Below, in pieces: positions 9,547-19,218 of a stretch of DNA of 64,000 bases (its first letter is position 1; the number at the start of each line of letters is the position of its first letter). The position numbers were made by a program, and so were the translations under genes. Below the pieces are notes generated by a model. The model was not told the origin of the DNA and made no database searches. It saw only the letters and a program-made list of their open reading frames with translations. Source of the DNA: Candidatus Lachnoclostridium stercoravium (GTDB taxonomy: Bacteria > Bacillota > Clostridia > Lachnospirales > Lachnospiraceae); assembly GCA_019118365.1 (NCBI GenBank), contig DWZA01000109.1, positions 54,110 through 118,109 on the forward strand. The letters are read 5' to 3'.

Positions 9547-10573
9547 TCAGCGCCCTGCAGCTTTTCCGGCTGCCGATTCCCTGAATAACGCCAATATCTG
9601 ATCTACAAAAATATTTCTTATTTCCTGATTAGGAATAACCAGCCGAAAACGGTTTCCATCCGGTTCTCCCCGCCAGGTCAGGTATCCCGTCATAAAAAGC
9701 GCGCTCCAGATATTGTCAGCCGAAGTATATAATTCTGGATACGTCAGTTCCTGCCGGATCTCTTTTTCCACCGTTTCCCCATCGATCAGCCGTTCCATTT
9801 CTATCTTTGCAGCCGCCTTATGGTTTCCCATATCCTTTACAAAATGCCTTACCACATCATTTCCGCTGGTATTGATCCAATAGTTCTGAGGCGGAAGCTT
9901 TGCATTGTTCCGATGTTTTCCGCAATAGCAGCTAACATCCCACGGGCAGTAAATCTCTGTATTTCCAAATCGATAGCCGTCATACCATTCTTTCACGCTT
10001 TCGTAATTATCTCCCAGCCCATAGTAATCCAGCATCGCCCGCACTTCCTCATCCGAAAACCCAAAGTACTCGTCAAAATCCACATCTGTAACAGAAAAAA
10101 CATTAAAATTATTCAACCCTGTAAAAATGCTCTCCTTTGCCACCCGCAGGCAGCCTGTAAGCACGGCAAAATATAAATTTTCGTTGGTTTTCAAAGCCGT
10201 TCCGAACAGGCTGCGGATCAGGCGGATCATCGGTTCATAATAGCCCCGTTCATTGGCCTTTGCCAGCGGAACATCGTATTCGTCGATCAAAAGAATCGTT
10301 TTTTTTCCATAATGCCGTTTTAATAATTCTGTCATCTCCCGGAGGCTGTAATATAATGTTCCGTCATCCATATCAGGCTTCAGGAGCGCTGCAAACAGGT
10401 CTTTATCAGTTTGGGATAGCTTTGGGCTGTCCAAAAGGAACTGCAGGATTCACCAGCCCCCAATTTCCCAACAGTTCTCTGATCAGCCCGGTTTTATCTA
10501 CATAGTAAAATCCGTCCCTGCGGATCTGTTCAAAATTTTCGATCCCGATCGGGAGCTTTCTGTCTGTCTCCAT
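9547..10573 (-). pseudogene. AAA-ATPase-like / PD-(D/E)XK nuclease family gene remnant
   Basis: N-terminus METDRKLPIGIENFEQIRRDGFYYVDKTGLI (10573-10406) shifts frame before Walker A. The second frame has LIDEYDVP, LTGCLRVAKESIFTGLNN, WYDGYRFG, PQNYWINTSGN and stops before any nuclease domain. Confidence 0.88.
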
Positions 10574-10667
10574 GACCTGATTCCCTCCTCCCAGATACTT
10601 CCTACTGCTATTATTCTAACATTGATCCAGTCCGCAGACAAGGTTATCCTTCCTCCCCTGCAAAGAC

Positions 10668-10707
10668 AAAAAAATATACGGCTGGCAAGCAAGAGCTCAT
10701 CAGCCGT
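10668..10707 (-). terminator. Intrinsic terminator of the 11-gene operon
   Basis: ACGGCTG / CAGCCGT stem, with a T tract on the minus strand. Confidence 0.6.
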
Positions 10708-10772
10708 TTGTTAGAGGAATCAGCTACAAAATGTTAAAAATCCAGTATTTCCAGGGCGCATCCTAAAGCGCT

Positions 10773-11522
10773 TTACCTTCCCGCTGCCCAGGACAGAAGA
10801 TTCTTCCACAGCCTGCGGTTGCATTCTGACTTGCAGAATTCTTCCGGCATCCAATGGGGTGCGCAGTCGCTGGCCCAGGCGAAGGTTTTTCCTTTTCCAT
10901 AATATCCGATCGTAAGGATCGGGTCCCCTTCATAAGACACCAGCACCTGGCCGCTTTCTTTTGCCTTCAGCCGGTTATATCCCAAAAGAGGGTTCCATGT
11001 TTCGTCCAGCCCTTCCAGGATCGGATGGGAAGCCGGATCGATATGGATCACCGCGCCGTAAGGACGCTCCACCCGGTCGTCCCCTGCTTCCATGGTCACC
11101 GGAAGGATCTCTTCGACCTTTGTGCCGCCCCATCTTCCTTTTCCTTCGATCCCCATAAACGTCATGTAGCCGCCGATCATACCGAAAGCGCCGCCTTCTT
11201 CTACATACTCTTTTATCACTTCCATCAGATCCGGCGTCGTTTTGCTGCTGAAAAATGTGTCCGGATGGAGATAAAATGTATTGGAGCCTACGTCGCTGAT
11301 CAGGACTGCATCGTACTGCGCCAGTTTTTCTTTTGTATCCGGGAACTCGTAGGGAACCATGTGGGCGGGGATATGGGTGATCTCCGCAAAATCTTTCATA
11401 TAGTCCCTGACGCGGCCGATCTCTGTCTCATATCCGCCTACTGTAAACTGATCCACACCCTTTGTCTCTGTTTTTGTAAAAAACCAGGATTCCCCTGCAA
11501 ATAATACCTTGATCTTTTCCAT
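10773..11522 (-). CDS. Glutamine amidotransferase-like (GATase1-like, DUF1355/STM3548 type) protein
   Basis: KVLFAGESW, LISDVGSNTFYLHP, MIGGYMTF (no catalytic Cys), WASDCAPHW. Confidence 0.8.
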   Translation of the reverse strand: MEKIKVLFAGESWFFTKTETKGVDQFTVGGYETEIGRVRDYMKDFAEITHIPAHMVPYEFPDTKEKLAQYDAVLISDVGSNTFYLHPDTFFSSKTTPDLMEVIKEYVEEGGAFGMIGGYMTFMGIEGKGRWGGTKVEEILPVTMEAGDDRVERPYGAVIHIDPASHPILEGLDETWNPLLGYNRLKAKESGQVLVSYEGDPILTIGYYGKGKTFAWASDCAPHWMPEEFCKSECNRRLWKNLLSWAAGR

Positions 11523-11543
11523 ATCTTCTCCTTTTTCTAAGAC

Positions 11544-12653
11544 TCATCGTTTCTTTTCCGCTATTTTCAGGCCTTCCAGCAAAAGCATGACCGTCCTTAC
11601 CATTACTTTCATATTTTCCAGCTTATCCAGGCTGTAGACGTCTTTCGGAGAATGAAGGATCCCCTGATCGTTGAAGGTCAGCATGCAGGACGGGATACCT
11701 TTTGCGTAGTAAGCTTCCTGATCGCTTCCAGGAGGAGGCGGACAGAGGAAAATCGTCTCAAACTCATCTTTTTTCCCTTTCAGGATCTCCCCGATCCTTC
11801 TTTCAAAAGATTCCGGGCCGCTCCATACTTCCATGACTTTTTCGCGCCCTACTCCGTCAATGCATAAGTTCATGGAAACCGTATCTTTACTTTCCTTTTC
11901 CGCCCGATTTCTGGCTCCCGCCAGGTCAAACTCTTCCCCGTCTGTCAGCAGCAGTTCAATAGGAGCATTCAGTTGATAATCTTTCTTCAGACGGCGTCCG
12001 ATCTCCAGCACTACCGCAGCGCCTGCCGCATTGTCGTACGCCCCAGGGGTATTATAAACCGTATCATAATGGCCGCAGATCACTATCTTTTTCCCATTGC
12101 GGACACCCTCCAAACTGCCGACGACGTTCCGGCACTTTCCCGGCTGCCGCCTTGTCTTTGCCCAGCCTGCGACCTTTGCTTTTCTTTCTGCTGCATTTCG
12201 GATCCGTTCCCCTTCTTCCAGTCCCACAAGGTAGTGGGGCAGGTCGCCGCCGGTAAAAAGCATCTGGGGGATGGCTTCTCCATTTCCCCTGACAGTTACA
12301 TAAGCCGCTGTCTTTCCTTCCCTGTCAGTTACGCCGTACCGATCCCAGGAATACATATTCCAGAGCCTATTCTTTCCCAGCCATTCCAGGGTTCCTTCAA
12401 ATCCAGCCGAGGCGCCGCTGTCTAAAAAGAGACAGGACTTTAACCCTTCCGCTCCCTCTACTGACAGCTGCCAGCCGTCCTGCTCCCAGACTTCCACATC
12501 ATAGCTTTCGGTAAATGCCCTGAACGTGATCTTTGCCATCTCTGCTTCCAGAAAACGGCTGCACGCTTTAGCAGCGTCCGATCCCATCATCCTGGGGCCA
12601 AAGCCTACGATGTGCTTCCAGTTTTCATGCATTTGCATAAATTCCTGATCCAT
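11544..12653 (-). CDS. M28 family metallopeptidase
   Basis: GHYDTV, PGAYDNAAG, DGEE, SDQ, LHSPKD zinc-ligand motifs. Confidence 0.85.
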   Translation of the reverse strand: MDQEFMQMHENWKHIVGFGPRMMGSDAAKACSRFLEAEMAKITFRAFTESYDVEVWEQDGWQLSVEGAEGLKSCLFLDSGASAGFEGTLEWLGKNRLWNMYSWDRYGVTDREGKTAAYVTVRGNGEAIPQMLFTGGDLPHYLVGLEEGERIRNAAERKAKVAGWAKTRRQPGKCRNVVGSLEGVRNGKKIVICGHYDTVYNTPGAYDNAAGAAVVLEIGRRLKKDYQLNAPIELLLTDGEEFDLAGARNRAEKESKDTVSMNLCIDGVGREKVMEVWSGPESFERRIGEILKGKKDEFETIFLCPPPPGSDQEAYYAKGIPSCMLTFNDQGILHSPKDVYSLDKLENMKVMVRTVMLLLEGLKIAEKKR

Positions 12654-12670
12654 TTTTCCAGCTCCTTATC

Positions 12671-14119
12671 TTATTGATCCTCCTGAAACGGATAAAGCGT
12701 CCACGGCAGTTTCGTATAAATTTCACTTTTATCTTCCAGTTTCATAAAGGTATAACCAGGCGTCAGCGCCAATATCGCCTGCCGGCCCAGCTTTACAATA
12801 TCCGGGAAGTGATATGCCTGTTTGATAATGATGATATCGTACTCTGAAGGATCGAAATTCCCTGCTTTGCACTGATCCATATCTGTAAACGAATCCGGTA
12901 CGTCTGTGATCGTAATATCCACAGCCCCGCAGGAAACCGTAACCATGTTGGCGATCGGCTTCATATTTCCTCTCATTGGAAGATACATTAAGGTCCTTCC
13001 TTTTGATTTCAGAGTTCCCTTTATGCGTACTGGCTGAGAATAAGCGTCTACCCCAGTTCCAAGCATGCAGTCGATCTCATCTCCTTCTTTATGCTCCATC
13101 AGCTTTCGGCAGGCTTCTCTGTCATAGATCGTTGATACCAACACCTTTTTACCGCCAAAATCCTTTTCCAGGCAGAGTTTCAGCATAACGGTATTCATGC
13201 CCGTGGCTCCCCCGGTGGTATTGTCTCCGGAATCAGAGATAACGACTGGTCTTTTATCACTTTGTACAGCCATTTCCAGCGCAATCTCTGGTTCCACCAG
13301 CGCGCCCTCAAAGTGGAACTGTTCTCTTCTGTCATATACGTAGTGAGCCATCTTCTTCGCCTCTTCCATGGCGTATGGATAATATTCCATACTGCTGGGA
13401 ACGATCACCGCGCAGGGATATGTATTCTCTGTATTTGCAGAATGCATGGAGATAAAGAAACTTGCAGTTTCTATCTTTTCCGATCTCTCCAGCTCTTTAC
13501 ACCTGGCGATCACTGTTTTTAACGGCTCGTCTCTCGTCAGCGCCGAATCTCCGCACATCAACATAGGCAGTCTGACAAAAGCCGGTTTTACCCTGCGGCC
13601 TTTTTTTATCAGATCGATCAGCGCTTCCGCAGCAGCCCGGTACGTATCCTGCTGGTCTTCATGAGGCGCAGTATGATAGGCTCGCAGAACGTCTGCATAT
13701 TCCGTCAGATCCGGAGAAATATTTCCATGGGGATCCATTGCCACGGCAATGGGGATCTGATCGCCGATAACTTTTCTTATCTTACGCAGCATAAAAAGTT
13801 CCCCGCTTCCGATATTTTCCACATAAGCCGCTCCGTGGAGCTGAAGCCATATCCCGTCCAGGGAACCGGCATTTTTTATATCTTCCACGATCCTCTCTGT
13901 AAAGTAACGGAACGCACCTTCTTCGATAACGCCGTATGACATCCACCCGGTATAGGACGAAGCGACGATCTCGACCCCTTCTTTTTCAAAAGCTTTCACG
14001 GCCCCTGGAAAATATTCCAGCATTTCCTCTTTTTCCGCTGTTACAAAATCCTCTTTTTTTGTAAGCACTGGATTAAACGTATTGGATTCATGATAAAATC
14101 CTGCCATTAAAATACGCAT
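12671..14119 (-). CDS. M81 family (MlrC-like) metallopeptidase
   Basis: MRILMAGFYHESNTF, LHGA, DPHGN, PHED, DSGDNTTGG; start reassigned to ATG 14119. Confidence 0.88.
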   Translation of the reverse strand: MRILMAGFYHESNTFNPVLTKKEDFVTAEKEEMLEYFPGAVKAFEKEGVEIVASSYTGWMSYGVIEEGAFRYFTERIVEDIKNAGSLDGIWLQLHGAAYVENIGSGELFMLRKIRKVIGDQIPIAVAMDPHGNISPDLTEYADVLRAYHTAPHEDQQDTYRAAAEALIDLIKKGRRVKPAFVRLPMLMCGDSALTRDEPLKTVIARCKELERSEKIETASFFISMHSANTENTYPCAVIVPSSMEYYPYAMEEAKKMAHYVYDRREQFHFEGALVEPEIALEMAVQSDKRPVVISDSGDNTTGGATGMNTVMLKLCLEKDFGGKKVLVSTIYDREACRKLMEHKEGDEIDCMLGTGVDAYSQPVRIKGTLKSKGRTLMYLPMRGNMKPIANMVTVSCGAVDITITDVPDSFTDMDQCKAGNFDPSEYDIIIIKQAYHFPDIVKLGRQAILALTPGYTFMKLEDKSEIYTKLPWTLYPFQEDQ

Positions 14120-15294
14120 TTTTGTTCTCCTTCCTTTCTGGCGGTCAAACATTTTATTAAAAGCAGCGTATTCAGGATACCCATACCTGCCAATGCCGCT
14201 GCAAATGGAAAGCGATCTCCGTTCTGTGAAAGAATGCGCCGCAGTATATCGATCACAAACGGAGAGGAAAATGATCCCAGGCTTAAAAGCGCCTGCGTTA
14301 CAGCCAGACTGAGTTTTGTCGACTCCGGCGTGCTGGCCTTGCTCGTATGGTAATATCCATAAGGCATGATCAGAGCGTTTCCCACTCCCAAAAACGCCAG
14401 AGCCACATAGATCATCCAGGGCTGGTCCGCGATGATCAGCATTGCAAAGGATACAGCCACCGCCATTCCGCTGGCAAAGCCGACCCATTCTCCGATCACG
14501 CTGTAAAGCTTTCCAAACCAGACCCCGGATAAAGCGCTGATCAGGGTCATAAGAGCCATAGACAAACTGACGGTCATCGCTGTTCCGATATGTTCCGCCT
14601 TCATCACCAGCGATACATTCGAATACATAACAAGATAGATCATATTGTAAAACGCCATTATGACTCCAACGCCAAAGGCTTTTTTGCTGATCCGGACCTT
14701 CTTTTTTTCTTCCTTTTGCTTTTTCGGCTTGTCTGGAAGGAAAAAAAGGATCAAAAGAAAGACCGCGCCTCCCAGGGCATACACCAGAAATCCATATCTC
14801 CAGCTGATAGAAGACAGCAGTCCTGTCGCTAAGAGGGCGCTCATCTGCCCGAAATTGCCTACGGCAAACTGTTGTCCCATAGCGGCCGCCCGTTCTTCTC
14901 CTTCATAAAAGTCTGTGATCAGCCCCAATGCCAACGGGAAAAATATCCCCGTTCCCATCCCCATTACAAACCGCGCTGCGAGTATCTTCTGAAAATCATC
15001 AAGAAATATGGGAAGCACTCCTGCAGCAGTAAATAGAAACACCCCCGTAAGAAGGATGAGCTTATTTCCAAAATATGAAACGCAGACTCCGCTTATCAAC
15101 ACAAAAATGGTCATCGACAATGTAGGATAGGCCAGCAGGCTCTGCAGTTCTACCGTAGAAGCCTCTGGGAATGCTTCCTGGATGCTTCCCAATTCCACAG
15201 ATATTGTATTGTTGACCATTGTTACAAGAGACACGGAAAGGATTACAAATTTCAAAAACTGACCGTTTACTTCTCTTCTTTTCGCATTTTCCAT
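14107..15294 (-). CDS. MFS transporter
   Basis: About 12 hydrophobic segments; ARFVMGMGTG and ITDFYEGEERA motifs. Confidence 0.88.
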   Translation of the reverse strand: MENAKRREVNGQFLKFVILSVSLVTMVNNTISVELGSIQEAFPEASTVELQSLLAYPTLSMTIFVLISGVCVSYFGNKLILLTGVFLFTAAGVLPIFLDDFQKILAARFVMGMGTGIFFPLALGLITDFYEGEERAAAMGQQFAVGNFGQMSALLATGLLSSISWRYGFLVYALGGAVFLLILFFLPDKPKKQKEEKKKVRISKKAFGVGVIMAFYNMIYLVMYSNVSLVMKAEHIGTAMTVSLSMALMTLISALSGVWFGKLYSVIGEWVGFASGMAVAVSFAMLIIADQPWMIYVALAFLGVGNALIMPYGYYHTSKASTPESTKLSLAVTQALLSLGSFSSPFVIDILRRILSQNGDRFPFAAALAGMGILNTLLLIKCLTARKEGEQKCVF

Positions 15295-15417
15295 ATCATG
15301 TCCACTGTCCCTTTCGGCTAGTCTTCTTTTTCCATGGCCATAGCCCATGCAGGATCCAAAAGATAGGGCCTCAAATATCCTGTCGTATCGGACATAGGAA
15401 ACGCTTCATCTTTCAGG

Positions 15418-16650
15418 CTATTTTTCCTCTGCCAGCTGATACAGAGAATCATAAAGCACCTTTACTCCTGCTTCGCAGTCTTCTGGAGACGAATACTCGT
15501 TTCCATTATGGCTTAATCCGTCTTTAGAGCGGATAAAGATCATTCCGGATGGGCAGAACGGTATCAATGCGCCGGAGTCATGTCCTGCTCCGCTCGGCAT
15601 CTTATATACAGGATATCCTTCTTTCATGCACGCTTCTTCGATCACCTTCTGGATACGCGGATCGCATGGTTTTTCTGTGGTTTCCCTCGACAATACGTTT
15701 AATTCCCATGTTACTTTTCTGCGGCTGCAGATCTCTTCTACTCTTTCATTGATCCTTTTTAACAGCTGATCTCTCACCTCAGGGATCTGGTGGCGGATAT
15801 CTATGCTGAATTTCGCAGTTCCCGGAACTACGTTGACCCCGCCTGGCTCTGCTACGATCCTTCCTACCGTCGCTACGCAGCCTTCGCTTTTCTTTGTTTC
15901 ATCTTCGATCGCCAGGATCACCTCAGAAGCTGCGCACAGCGCATCCTTACGGAGCGGCAGCGGCGTAGTCCCTGCGTGAGCCGATTGTCCTTTGATAACA
16001 TACTCGCCGCGGATCTGAGCGCAGATCCCTGTTACGATCCCTACAGAAAGCCCTTTGCTTTCCAATACCGCTCCCTGTTCAATATGGAGCTCCAGATGAG
16101 CTTTTGCATATCCCTCCGGCAGCGCCGCATCTGTCACATGATCCGGATCGATCCCGCATTCTCTCAACGCTTCTGTAACAGAGATCCCGTCTTTATCCAC
16201 ATGTTCCATGATCCCTTCCGGAGGCTTTCCCACCATATGGGCGGCTCCGGAATAAGAACCGACAAATCTGGTCCCCTCTTCGTCTCTGTAAGCGATCACT
16301 TCGATCGGATGGAGCGTCTCGATACCTTCTTCGTTCATAGCCTGAAGCGCTTCGATCCCTCCGATCACGCCCAGGCGTCCGTCAAAAATCCCTCCGCCGT
16401 AAACCGTATCGATATGAGAACCTGTCATTACAACAGAAGACTGTGGATCCTTTCCCTCTTTTCTTCCGATCAGATTTCCAGCTGCGTCTACACGCACTTT
16501 TAATCCCGCTTCTTCCATGTATTTTCTGACCAGGGCATGAGCCTCGTTTTCTTCTTTTGACAGCGCGAGACAATAGATCCCGTCTTCTTTCTTTCCGATC
16601 TTTCCAAGCTCCGTTAAACGGTTAAAAATCCGCTCCTTATTGACTGCCAT
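15418..16650 (-). CDS. M20 family Zn amidohydrolase (allantoate amidohydrolase / N-carbamoyl-amino acid hydrolase type)
   Basis: GSHIDTV, FDGRLGV, DEEG, ELHIEQG, SGAGHDS, SHN..EY. Confidence 0.9.
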   Translation of the reverse strand: MAVNKERIFNRLTELGKIGKKEDGIYCLALSKEENEAHALVRKYMEEAGLKVRVDAAGNLIGRKEGKDPQSSVVMTGSHIDTVYGGGIFDGRLGVIGGIEALQAMNEEGIETLHPIEVIAYRDEEGTRFVGSYSGAAHMVGKPPEGIMEHVDKDGISVTEALRECGIDPDHVTDAALPEGYAKAHLELHIEQGAVLESKGLSVGIVTGICAQIRGEYVIKGQSAHAGTTPLPLRKDALCAASEVILAIEDETKKSEGCVATVGRIVAEPGGVNVVPGTAKFSIDIRHQIPEVRDQLLKRINERVEEICSRRKVTWELNVLSRETTEKPCDPRIQKVIEEACMKEGYPVYKMPSGAGHDSGALIPFCPSGMIFIRSKDGLSHNGNEYSSPEDCEAGVKVLYDSLYQLAEEK

Positions 16651-16666
16651 AATGATACCTCCCCTT

Positions 16667-17920
16667 TTATGCTGCATAATCGACAGTTTTCTTTCCGTTG
16701 TATACGTCTCTGTCCAGTTCGCCCTCTACATTGGCTACCAGCATAGCTACGATCACGTCCGCATCTACATTTAAAAGCGTGCGGAACATTCCGGAAAACC
16801 AGTCGATCCCCAGAAGCAGCGCGATCGCATCCACCGGCAGGCCAAGGCTTGTTGCAAGGAATGTCATACTCACTACTGCGCCTCCCGGCACGGTGATCGT
16901 TCCCATACACAGCATACAGGACAGTACGATTCCCATTACGATCTGAGACATAGTCAGCTCTACGTTGCATGACTGACTCATAAACATGATATACGCCACA
17001 TTGCACAGCGCCGCTCCGTTACTGTTCATGGACATTGCCAAAGGTCCTACAAAGTCAGATACTCTCCGGCTTACTCCAAATTTTGTTACGCTGTCTTCCA
17101 TCTTCGTTGGCAAAGTGATAGCTGAGGACGTTGTTGTCAGGGCGATCATGGACATCTTCATAAATTTTTTCGGCATCATAAGCGGATTCACGCCGCAGCG
17201 AATCCCTGCAAATGGAATATATACTACCAGCATGATCAGATCGCCGATGGCCAGTACTGCAAGGAACTTTAACATCGGCAATACAACTGCAAATCCGATC
17301 GCGCCGGATACGTTTGCCAGCAGGCAGAACACGCCGATCGGCGCCAGCTTCATAACTGTCTGGATAATGTTCAGGACAACGCTGTTGACTCCTTTTAACA
17401 TCCGGATGACGATATCATCTCCAGTAGCCGCTGTATACGTACTGCACGCCGCTCCAAAGAACAGTGCAAAGACAATACACGGGATCATGCTGCCTGCCGC
17501 CATGGACTCAATAATATTCGTTGGGATAAATCCCAAAAGGGTATCCTGGATACTGCCGGCTTCCGCCACTGTCCCGGCTTCTGTAGGCTCGCTGATCACG
17601 ATCCCAAGGCCCGGCTGGATGATCACACAGAGGAAATACCCCAGCACTGCCGCAAAAACAGTAAAGAGGATAAACCATTTAAAGGTATTAAATCCCATTC
17701 TTCCCAGTCCTTTTCCCTGCTGGTTCCCTACAGATCCCGCTACCGCCGTCATGACCAGGACTACTACCGACATCTGGATCAGCCGGATGAACATATCTCC
17801 GATAAATTTCAGGTTTCCTGCCCATGGGCCTACGATCCCGCCAAATACTACGCCTCCGATCGTCGCGATCAGGATCTGCGTCGTCATGGATATCTTTTTC
17901 TTTTCTGTCTTTCCTGCCAT
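16667..17920 (-). CDS. Dicarboxylate/amino acid:cation symporter (DAACS)
   Basis: TTSSAITLP, SMNSNG, DWFSGMFRTLLNV. Confidence 0.92.
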   Translation of the reverse strand: MAGKTEKKKISMTTQILIATIGGVVFGGIVGPWAGNLKFIGDMFIRLIQMSVVVLVMTAVAGSVGNQQGKGLGRMGFNTFKWFILFTVFAAVLGYFLCVIIQPGLGIVISEPTEAGTVAEAGSIQDTLLGFIPTNIIESMAAGSMIPCIVFALFFGAACSTYTAATGDDIVIRMLKGVNSVVLNIIQTVMKLAPIGVFCLLANVSGAIGFAVVLPMLKFLAVLAIGDLIMLVVYIPFAGIRCGVNPLMMPKKFMKMSMIALTTTSSAITLPTKMEDSVTKFGVSRRVSDFVGPLAMSMNSNGAALCNVAYIMFMSQSCNVELTMSQIVMGIVLSCMLCMGTITVPGGAVVSMTFLATSLGLPVDAIALLLGIDWFSGMFRTLLNVDADVIVAMLVANVEGELDRDVYNGKKTVDYAA

Positions 17921-17971
17921 AATGTTATCTCCCTTCTCCGTTCAATATTCCCCAGGTTTTTTCGTTATTTT

Positions 17972-18403
17972 TTACTCTTCCATCAGTTCAATATGCAGCG
18001 TCTGTTCCCCTTTGCGCTGTACGATGGTGCTGAATTCTTCCAGGTCTTCCAAACCTTCCGTGATCGTAAGCACCAGATTTCCATAAAGATGGCCCATCTG
18101 GGTAGCGATGCTGCACGGACCGCAGGACATGAAGAATTCCCCGTCCCACTGAAGGTGCGGCACGTTGCCCGGATATACGATGATCTCTCCCTTTGACGGG
18201 ATCCTGGTCATATATTCGTCCGGAAGGCCGTGGGCCCAGTCTTCCAGAGGCATAAAGCAGGCTTTTCCGCTCCAGATCACCTGGATCATCTTCGCGTCCC
18301 AGGGGAGCCGGTCTAACAGCCATTTACAAGTAACCGGGCTCTTCTCCTCCTCCAGTCTTGCGATAAACGTAAATTTTCCCGACGTCATCTTCACCTTTTT
18401 CAT
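17972..18403 (-). CDS. DUF3830 family protein
   Basis: ARLEEEKSPVTC...LP...IWSGKAC...PSKGEIIVYPG...GN pattern. Confidence 0.75.
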   Translation of the reverse strand: MKKVKMTSGKFTFIARLEEEKSPVTCKWLLDRLPWDAKMIQVIWSGKACFMPLEDWAHGLPDEYMTRIPSKGEIIVYPGNVPHLQWDGEFFMSCGPCSIATQMGHLYGNLVLTITEGLEDLEEFSTIVQRKGEQTLHIELMEE

Positions 18404-19218
18404 GTTTCACTTTCTCCTTTCTTTCTTTTCTCTGCGCCTTTTCGGGCGTTTTCTATAAAAATCCTGGCCTTTTCGGGGTTCACAGGATTTTTCATATCCC
18501 CGTCCTTGATCCACGTGGCCACGCTGACCCCGTCGAAATATGTAAGAAGTTCTTCAATGTTGTCTCCTGTGGAGCCGCCTCCTAAAAATATAGGCGCGTC
18601 CCCAACACGTTTTCTTGCCCGTTTCACCATCTGGATACTTTCCTCCGGAGTTTTTCCGGCTATAAAAAGGCCGTCGGCAAAGGCCTCGTGGATGCTTTCC
18701 CAGGCCGCGTCTTCGATGGGCTTTGCTCCCAGCGGCACGCCGTGGACTTCATAGACGTCCGCGTAGACCGGGATCTTTGTCTTTATCCGTTTCCGCAAAG
18801 CCGCGATCTCACAGCACTGCGCCTGCAAAAGGCCTGCGCTGGTCACTTCCGCCCCGGTAAACAGATGCTCTACCCGGACGAAATCCGCCCCGATCGCGTC
18901 GGCTACCGCCAGCGCCGCCACGCCGTCCCAGTTGACCAGAACTCCCATAACTGCCTTTGGAAAATGGTTTCTTATCCTTTCGCCGATCACCGTCATATAT
19001 GCGATAGCCTCCGGAGACGAGATCTGCCTGATGGGCATATCGTTCATGTTCTGGATGATAAAACCGTCAAAGCCGTTTTCCATGATCATCTCCGCCTCTT
19101 TTAGCGCCTGGTCCGAGATCTGACCGATACTCATGTTTTCGTGGCGGTAGCTTCCCGGAAGCGGTTCCGGCTGGATCATGGAAAGGATCAGAGGGAACTT
19201 CTTTCTGTCGATCATCAT
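18400..19218 (-). CDS. BtpA/SgcQ family TIM-barrel protein
   Basis: PLPGS, IIQNMND, GVLVNWD, ADFVRV, YADVYEVHG, ADGLFIAG, FLGGG; start at 19218 (ATGA overlap). Confidence 0.85.
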   Translation of the reverse strand: MMIDRKKFPLILSMIQPEPLPGSYRHENMSIGQISDQALKEAEMIMENGFDGFIIQNMNDMPIRQISSPEAIAYMTVIGERIRNHFPKAVMGVLVNWDGVAALAVADAIGADFVRVEHLFTGAEVTSAGLLQAQCCEIAALRKRIKTKIPVYADVYEVHGVPLGAKPIEDAAWESIHEAFADGLFIAGKTPEESIQMVKRARKRVGDAPIFLGGGSTGDNIEELLTYFDGVSVATWIKDGDMKNPVNPEKARIFIENARKGAEKRKKGESET

